Source: Nitriliruptorales bacterium (GTDB lineage Bacteria; Actinomycetota; Nitriliruptoria; Nitriliruptorales; JAHWKO01). From it: 64,000 bases of DNA. The notes beneath the pieces are model-generated. The model worked only from the letters and a program-made list of their open reading frames with translations, searched no databases and had not been told where the DNA came from. A program made the translations under genes and the position numbers. The DNA lies in assembly GCA_046263195.1 (NCBI GenBank), contig JBHELG010000040.1, positions 1,186 to 65,185 of the forward strand, in the 5' to 3' direction. Below, piece after piece: positions 58,460 to 64,000 of this stretch. Within the stretch, counting starts at the first letter, position 1, and each line of letters opens with the position of its first letter.

Positions 58460-59509
58460 ATGGCACGAATGATCGCGGCAAGAGCATTCTCGCTACTGGC
58501 GGCCATGATGATGGCGGTTGCGCCCTCCACGGCGCTCGCGAACCACAGGGGTCAACCGCACGACCCTGGCACGACGTGCAAGGACCTGGGTTTCGACGCG
58601 AATCACGAGTCTTCTCACACGGGTGATTGGGGTTCGGCGTCATGGCAGGGCACTGACGACAAGACGTTGGATCTCGTCGTCAACGACGGCTACACGATCG
58701 ATCTCTGCGTGAAGGCCGGCCCGGAGGCCACGGTTGACGACGACATCGAGGGTCCGACGCAGGAAGTAGGCGAGGAAGCACGGAGGTATGAGCACGGCAT
58801 CTCCCACATCGGGGTTCGCGTGACCGACGAGCCTCCCGAGGAGCTGACGGAGGAGCTGACCGAGGATCCGACGGAGGAGCTGACCGAGGAGCTCACCGAA
58901 GAGCCCACGGAGGAGCCGACCGAGGAGCCGACGCAGGAACAGACGGCGGATCCGACGGAGGAGCTGACCGAGGAGCTCACCGAAGAGCCCACGGAGGAGC
59001 CGACTGAGGAGCCGACGCAGGAACAGACGACGGATCCGACGGAGGAGCTGACCGAGGAGCTCACCGAAGAGCCCGCCGAGGAGTTGACCGAAGAGCTCAC
59101 CGAGGAGCCGACGGAGGAGCCCACCCGGGAACAGTCTGCTGAACCCACCGAGGAGCCGACGCGGGAACAGACTGCGGAGCAAACCGAGGAGCCCAAGCAG
59201 GAACGCACGGCGGAGCCCCCGGACGGGTCCACGAAGGACTACTGCGTGCCGGCCGGTTCCAAATGGATGCTCGTGGAAAGGACCAACCCGTCGGCGGATC
59301 GTGACCGTGACGGCTTGAGGGACGGGGAGGAGCTGGTCGGCGCAGGCGGATTCGAGGTGGACGCGTCCCATACCTGCCCGCCCGCTAAGGAGACCCCGAA
59401 GCCGGCTCCGGCTCGTCTGCCACGAACCGGAGGGAACGTGCTGCTCTTCATGCTTGGCTTCGGGTCGATCGGGGTGGGTAGCTACCTGCTGCGGCTGTCG
59501 CGTCGGTAG
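58460..59509 (+). CDS. LPXTG-anchored surface protein with acidic E/T/P tandem repeats
   Basis: Signal peptide (AFSLLAAMMMAVAPSTALA), 28-aa EELTEELTEEPTEEPTEEPTQEQT.DPT repeats, a DRDRDGLRDGEE Ca-binding-like motif, and a sorting signal LPRTGG + TM + RLSRR. Confidence 0.85.
   Translation: MARMIAARAFSLLAAMMMAVAPSTALANHRGQPHDPGTTCKDLGFDANHESSHTGDWGSASWQGTDDKTLDLVVNDGYTIDLCVKAGPEATVDDDIEGPTQEVGEEARRYEHGISHIGVRVTDEPPEELTEELTEDPTEELTEELTEEPTEEPTEEPTQEQTADPTEELTEELTEEPTEEPTEEPTQEQTTDPTEELTEELTEEPAEELTEELTEEPTEEPTREQSAEPTEEPTREQTAEQTEEPKQERTAEPPDGSTKDYCVPAGSKWMLVERTNPSADRDRDGLRDGEELVGAGGFEVDASHTCPPAKETPKPAPARLPRTGGNVLLFMLGFGSIGVGSYLLRLSRR
58874..59074 (+). repeat. 84-nt coding tandem repeat (2.4 copies) inside the LPXTG gene
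   Basis: Copies at 58874-58957 and 58958-59041 differ at 2 of 84 positions. A third copy is identical for 33 nt and then diverges. Looser E/T/P repeats extend over about 58826-59215. Confidence 0.9.
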
Positions 59510-60025
59510 TCAGGCATCAGGTGCCATCTGCACCCGACAGGCGGCGGTCCGAAGCTCTCAGGAAAGCTGGGGAGACAGGTACTACGGGCCGTCATGCGCG
59601 CCCCGTCCCGCATGTCAGACCGTCACGTCCGAGACAGAGACACTCTCCGGGTGAAGTCCAATCGGGCGGGGTTTCGGAAGCCGCGAAGCAGGGGGTCGAA
59701 TCTAAACCGGGCCGATGGGATGGCGGGTAAGTCAACGAAAGGGGGCGACCGCGTGCGCTCTCGATCCGTACTCGAGGATGAGCCATCTGTGTTACGGCGC
59801 CCGTCTCGTTGTGGCCTTGAAGCCATCCCGATCCGGCCTATGTCCGTGGCCGGTCCTCGGTGCTGACAGAGGGAGCCTGGTGCCACCTCGAAGGCCTCAT
59901 CCGCGGCTTCTCACTCAGACCGCAATATGTATCGTCGGTCCGAGTGGTCCAAAGTCCCTGTTACGAAATGGCGGTTCTTGACGTTCAGACTCCGTCCTTT
60001 TTCGCTCTGAACCATGCGGCAAGAG

Positions 60026-60458
60026 CTATTGCTGCACAAGGGAATCGGCCGTCTGAGGGGACACTCCTGGATCCGCGTGACGATGCACAAGTTTCCACAC
60101 ACTGTCTTCACGCCGGAAGATGCTCGTGACCCGCACAGCCACGGGCACGATCTCCTCCCGTCCAGCGACCTTGGTCTCGTACTGCTCTATCTCGACAATA
60201 CATGCAAGATCTGGAGCCATATACGTAGCGAAGTTCTCGAAGCCAATGGCCCTGCCGTCGTGGTAATGCGATGTCGCATGATCCAGCCTCTCGTCAATGA
60301 CCTGCCAGCCACGGGCGATGCCACCAAAGGGGTTGGCGAGGGTGATGTCGTCTCGATGAGACCAAATCTCCTTCGAGGGTTCAGGGTTTCCCTTTAACGA
60401 ACTCATCCCACACCAAGTGAGATTGTTCAACTGCCTGGTCGAACTCTGCCATAACCAT
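60026..60458 (-). pseudogene. SnoaL/DUF4440 (NTF2-like) protein gene with a 1-nt frameshift
   Basis: The N-terminus M(V)MAEFDQAVEQSHLVWDEFVKGKP* is in one frame (ORF 60381..60590). The rest, ...KGNPEPSKEIWSHRDDITLANPFG...HRHADPGVSPQTADSLVQQ, is in another (60026..60520). The intact paralogue at 61525..61956 reads VKGDPEPQKRLWSRRDD through this point. The shift maps to GGGTTTCCC at 60384-60392. Confidence 0.7.
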
Positions 60459-60815
60459 TGGGTATCGCCTCCATCCCTGGGAGATCGGCCACTGTTGCTT
60501 GGGCACGGGGCTGAAGGCAATCATGCCACTGAGCAGCCGCCATGCGCAGCGAGGTCGAAGGCTCGGGCTGCCACCTGTGCGGCTGGCCACCCGAGCAGTG
60601 GCCGCGCGCGACGTGCTCGTGTACGACTTGCAGTCACGCGACCCCTGCCTACGCCTAGCTCCCGTGAGAAGCCCCTAGCGACGCCCGTCTGGCGCGTGTC
60701 AACGGAGCAAGGCTCGCCGCGTGCCTGCTCCCCGGCCTGTTCGTCGGGAACCTCAGGTGTGACCGGTCGTGAGGAGGATGGTGGCGGTGAGCATCGCATC
60801 CCAGAGGCTGCGGTT

Positions 60816-61289
60816 ATGACGACGGTTGCCTCCCACCACGATCGCTGGGACGAAATGTTCGAGTTGTACAAGGTCCGAGTCGAGGAGTACCACTTCCAGG
60901 TGAACCTGAACTGGGAGCGGACTCGCTACTTCCTCCCCTTCAATGTAGGCGTCGTAGGACTGGCCACCGGACTACTACGTTTCGGAGTCGACGGCCGAGC
61001 CCAGATCCTCGTGAGTAGCCTCTTCCTCTTTGGCGTCGTCGCTGCCCTGCTGTCACTGGCCGCTCACAATGGGCAGCACAACTACTATCGGCGAGCACGC
61101 GACTCCTTCCGCGTAATAGAAGACGAACTCGAGTTGCCCGAGGAGCACCGCTTAGGTGTGACACCTCGTATGCGCGACGAACACGGCTTCTGGCGGCGGG
61201 CGAACGTGACCAATGCCATCAACCTGCTGCTCGGCCTTCTCGCAGTCTTGAATGGGCTAGGACTCGTCTACGTCGTCTGGTTCGCCTAG
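60816..61289 (+). CDS. small 3-TM membrane protein, unknown function (SLATT/DUF4231-like topology?)
   Basis: 157 aa from ATG 60816. An N-terminal amphipathic helix is followed by a TM pair (FLPFNVGVVGLATGLL / ILVSSLFLFGVVAALLSLAA), a charged helix (YYRRARDSFRVIEDELE) and a terminal TM (AINLLLGLLAVLNGLGLVYVVWF). Confidence 0.55.
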   Translation: MTTVASHHDRWDEMFELYKVRVEEYHFQVNLNWERTRYFLPFNVGVVGLATGLLRFGVDGRAQILVSSLFLFGVVAALLSLAAHNGQHNYYRRARDSFRVIEDELELPEEHRLGVTPRMRDEHGFWRRANVTNAINLLLGLLAVLNGLGLVYVVWFA

Positions 61290-61524
61290 CCGCTCCGCAG
61301 CCCCACTCTTGTCAGGGAAGTCTGGCACACTTCTACTACTAGGCGCCCCGCACCGTCGCCTTGCGCCGAGTTCGAGGGTGCCAGACCGGGGGAAACAGCC
61401 CTCTGAAGCGCGGGCTAGAGACACATGCGGAGGTGTGAAGCAGCAAGCTGATGTGAGACGAGCGGGTCTAGCATACGGCCCTCATGCCCGTGGGTGTTCT
61501 GACTGCGTCACGCCGCCCGTCGGT

Positions 61525-61956
61525 CTACTGCTGCACGAGGTACTCGGGTGATCGCGGAGTGGTTATTGGATCGGCGTGACGATGGACGATCCTCCACTCG
61601 CCGTCCTCACGTCGGAATATGGTCGTCACACGAAGCGCAACCGGCGTGATTCCGGGGGTGCCGCCAATCCTCACCCGGGCACGCTCGATCTCGAGCATGT
61701 ACGCCAGATCCGCCGTCGCATACTCGGAGATGCGCTCGAAGCCATCGTGCTCGCCCTCCCGTAACTGGGAGGCGGCACGGTCCAGGATCTCAGCGACCTG
61801 ATGCCATCCCCGCGCCGGGGGCCCAAGAGGGTTGGCGAGGGTGACGTCATCGCGCCGCGACCACAGCCTCTTCTGTGGCTCGGGGTCTCCTTTCACGAAC
61901 GCACCCACCGTTCGGTGATACCGCTCGATCACTTCGTCGAGATCTGAAGCCGGCAT
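61525..61956 (-). CDS. SnoaL/DUF4440 (NTF2-like) protein
   Basis: 143 aa from ATG 61956. Paralogue of the 60026..60458 gene, with the same C-terminus (...IVHRHADPITTPRSPEYLVQQ). Confidence 0.7.
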   Translation of the reverse strand: MPASDLDEVIERYHRTVGAFVKGDPEPQKRLWSRRDDVTLANPLGPPARGWHQVAEILDRAASQLREGEHDGFERISEYATADLAYMLEIERARVRIGGTPGITPVALRVTTIFRREDGEWRIVHRHADPITTPRSPEYLVQQ

Positions 61957-62092
61957 CGGAAGCCTCCCAGATCGCTCGGCGCTGACATCGCTGCGCGAAG
62001 ATGCACGTCTTGGGCTGTTTCGTTGCCATGATCTTGCCACGGGACCCCACTAGGGCCCGCAAACGCGCCCTAGATGGCCCTAGAGGCCAGAA

Positions 62093-62130
62093 TGAAGAGC
62101 TGGGAGGCAGGGGGTCGAACCCTGCGGGAC
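62093..62130 (-). other. tRNA 3'-half-like fragment (T-arm + acceptor 3' strand) without a 5' half
   Basis: The reverse complement is ...CGCAGGGTTCGACCCCCTGCCTCCCAG. T-stem CAGGG/CCCTG, T-loop TTCGACC, then CCTCCCA. The matching TGGGAGG 5' acceptor strand, a D-arm and a valid anticodon loop are not found. Confidence 0.4.
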
Positions 62131-62490
62131 CCATGTCAGGTGTACGCACTGTTGCCTCGGAGTGTCACTGACCTGCGAAAAAACTTTCCTGTTGTTTCCT
62201 GTGGTGACGCCCCGTTGCCCTCCATGCCACGATTCCCGTGGTCACGCCGTGGTCACGAGAGACCGCTGTGGAGACGTGGGGAACGACCCCCGGGAGACGC
62301 CAGGTCGATCGTCACTTCGGTGCCGCTGGCCGCGCACAGGGCTGTAGGTCCTGTTGCTGAGCGACGGGCACGGAGTCGCCGCGACACTCTCGCCGGTCGG
62401 CTGGCGAAGGCTGGAGTGACGCCATCTTTGCGATCGGCGTTCTCCTGGGCTTCAGCGATGGCGATCCGACGGCGCGCTTGCTGTGCGGCC

Positions 62491-63882
62491 TCAGGCTCGA
62501 CTCGCGCGCGATGCGGTCTGGCGGTATGGCGAAAATACCTGGTCGGGGTCGAAGCGCTGTTGGAGCTCGATTAGGCGTCGGTGCGCAGAGGTCGTGAATG
62601 CCTCGGCTACACGGTGCTGGTCGTCGTGGTCGAGGAAGTTGAGGTACACGCCAGCGTGGTGGGGCTGGAGGGCGGCGATGAAATCCCTGGCCCAGGCGGT
62701 CTCGCCATCGGCGATCGTCTCCTGTGGCTTCCAGACCGCGTTGACGTTGAGCTCATGGGCTACGTCGCGATGCGAATAGGCAGTGGCCTCGGGGTCGATC
62801 TCGGCAACCGCGCCGCCGAGGTGGAACAGGACCGCATAGCTCCATGGTGACTGGGAGCGGTCGGTGTGATCGACGATCTTGTCGATCACGTCGTCATCGA
62901 GTCGCCGGAGGCCGGCTGTCTTCCAGTAATAGTGCCACCCAGGGGGAACCCCGCCGTCGAACATGGACTGAAGGTTGGTGTAGGGGCGGCGCTTGACGAG
63001 GTCGAGCAGCGGGCGACCGAACGTCCGCATGGGGGCGAGCAGCCGTTCGGCGCGGCCGGGAGGGCCGAGGGCGAGCATCGCCACGACGCACACCGGTCGG
63101 CGGTGCAGCTCGACCGGTAGGTAGGGGGCTGGTGGTGCTCGTCGAAGGGCGACAACGGTGGATACCTCGGACGCCGACGCGACGAACTCCCTATAGGCGC
63201 CCAGAACCTCGGGCGCGTCTTCGAGCCCCCAGATGACCATCCCAGCCAGAACTTCGGGACCGATGGGGTGGAGGCGAAATGTGAACGTTGTTACGACGCC
63301 GAGCCCGCCACCGCCCCCGCGCAGACCCCAGAACAGGTCGGGATGGTTGCGTTCGCTCACCGTGAGGTGCTGTCCGTCCGCAAGGACCACCTCTGCGCCG
63401 AGCAGATTGTCGTCGGTGAGCCCGTGACGGCGCATGAGCCAGCCGATGCCTCCGCCGAGTGTGAGGCCGGCGACGCCCGTTCGGGAAACCGTGCCGCCGG
63501 TGGTGGCGAGCCCGAACGCCTGGGTGGCGGTGTCGAGCTCGCCCCACACCACGCCGGCCTGCACAGTGGCACGGGCCTGAGCAGGGTCGACCGTGATGGT
63601 CTTCATGGGAGCGAGGTCGACGACCAGACCGTCGTCACACACGGCATTGCCTGCCGCCCCATGGCCACCCCCGCGAACCGAAATGGGCAAGTCGCGCTCG
63701 CGTCCAAACCGCAACACCGCAGCCACGTCGGCTGCGGAGAGACACCGGGCCACATACCGAGGCCGACGGTCTACAGCGCCGTTCCACACGGCGCGCGCTT
63801 CGTCGTAGTCAAGGTCACCGGGGGTGACCACGTCACCCTCGAACCCGGGTATGAGCGACACATCCACCCGTGTCCGCCGCAT
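62491..63882 (-). CDS. FAD-linked oxidase with C-terminal BBE (berberine-bridge-enzyme-like) domain
   Basis: 463 aa. FAD_binding_4 region (ISVRGGGHG..., GLTLGGGIGW) and a BBE-type C-terminus (HRRLIELQQRFDPDQVF). Confidence 0.85.
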   Translation of the reverse strand: MRRTRVDVSLIPGFEGDVVTPGDLDYDEARAVWNGAVDRRPRYVARCLSAADVAAVLRFGRERDLPISVRGGGHGAAGNAVCDDGLVVDLAPMKTITVDPAQARATVQAGVVWGELDTATQAFGLATTGGTVSRTGVAGLTLGGGIGWLMRRHGLTDDNLLGAEVVLADGQHLTVSERNHPDLFWGLRGGGGGLGVVTTFTFRLHPIGPEVLAGMVIWGLEDAPEVLGAYREFVASASEVSTVVALRRAPPAPYLPVELHRRPVCVVAMLALGPPGRAERLLAPMRTFGRPLLDLVKRRPYTNLQSMFDGGVPPGWHYYWKTAGLRRLDDDVIDKIVDHTDRSQSPWSYAVLFHLGGAVAEIDPEATAYSHRDVAHELNVNAVWKPQETIADGETAWARDFIAALQPHHAGVYLNFLDHDDQHRVAEAFTTSAHRRLIELQQRFDPDQVFSPYRQTASRASRA

Positions 63883-64000
63883 GCGCTGGGACAGGAGTCT
63901 GCTGTCGCGGCGGTCAACTGCTCCGAGTGGAGGGAGCGGCGGGCTGCCGGCTGTTCGCTCCTGCTCGGCCCGCAGCCGCGCGTGAATCTCCGGCCCGGTG

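Noticed and set aside
59520-59720. Riboswitch-like strings (GGUGCC..., GGGUGAAGUCC resembling the cobalamin GGUGAAAUCC element; GGGGAGAC resembling yybP-ykoY)
   Set aside because: These are isolated short matches. The remaining conserved elements are missing (the B12 box, and GGGAA before GGUGA). No downstream gene lies in the right orientation, since the next gene is on the opposite strand.
59688-62119. 13-nt direct repeat GCAGGGGGTCGAA at 59688-59700 and 62107-62119 as attL/attR of an integrated element
   Set aside because: A 13-mer match within a 64-kb GC-rich window is expected by chance many times over. The left copy has no tRNA-like structure, and no integrase gene lies between the copies. 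I keep it only as a weak hint.

Overview
High-GC actinobacterial-type chromosome segment, almost fully coding. By hand count, coding blocks are about 65-75% GC. I had no search tools, so all calls rest on motif recognition in the supplied ORF translations and on reading the DNA.

Left third: a complete, translationally coupled type-II fatty-acid synthase operon: fabD, a lysine-less biotinyl-domain ORF, fabH, fabG, acpP, fabF, an acyl-CoA carboxyltransferase, acpS and fabI. Two copies of a promoter-like unit with a palindromic operator precede it. Next come mug, ilvD, a decayed DUF222/HNH gene, a large membrane protein, mdh, folD, purN-purH, and a hyuA/hyuB/FGGY-kinase cluster. In that cluster hyuA and hyuB are split by a ~670-nt AT-enriched non-coding insert.

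Middle: tRNA-Leu(UAA), then the conserved actinobacterial backbone on the minus strand (ppx, DUF501, S1, ftsB, eno, mazG, mfd, pth, rplY, prs, glmU). Two things interrupt it. One is a znuABC/zur locus. The other is a four-gene operon coupled by 4-nt overlaps, inserted between glmU and prs: an acyl-reductase::HAD fusion, a Zn-dehydrogenase, a LarA-like protein and a PlsC acyltransferase, followed by a TetR gene. This operon is my best candidate for an undescribed (lipid) system.

Right end: a lower-GC accessory patch. It holds CapA, an LPXTG acidic-repeat surface protein, two SnoaL/DUF4440-like paralogues (one frameshifted), a small 3-TM protein, a tRNA 3' fragment and a BBE-type FAD oxidase.

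I recognised no rRNA, true CRISPR array, transposase or integrase.
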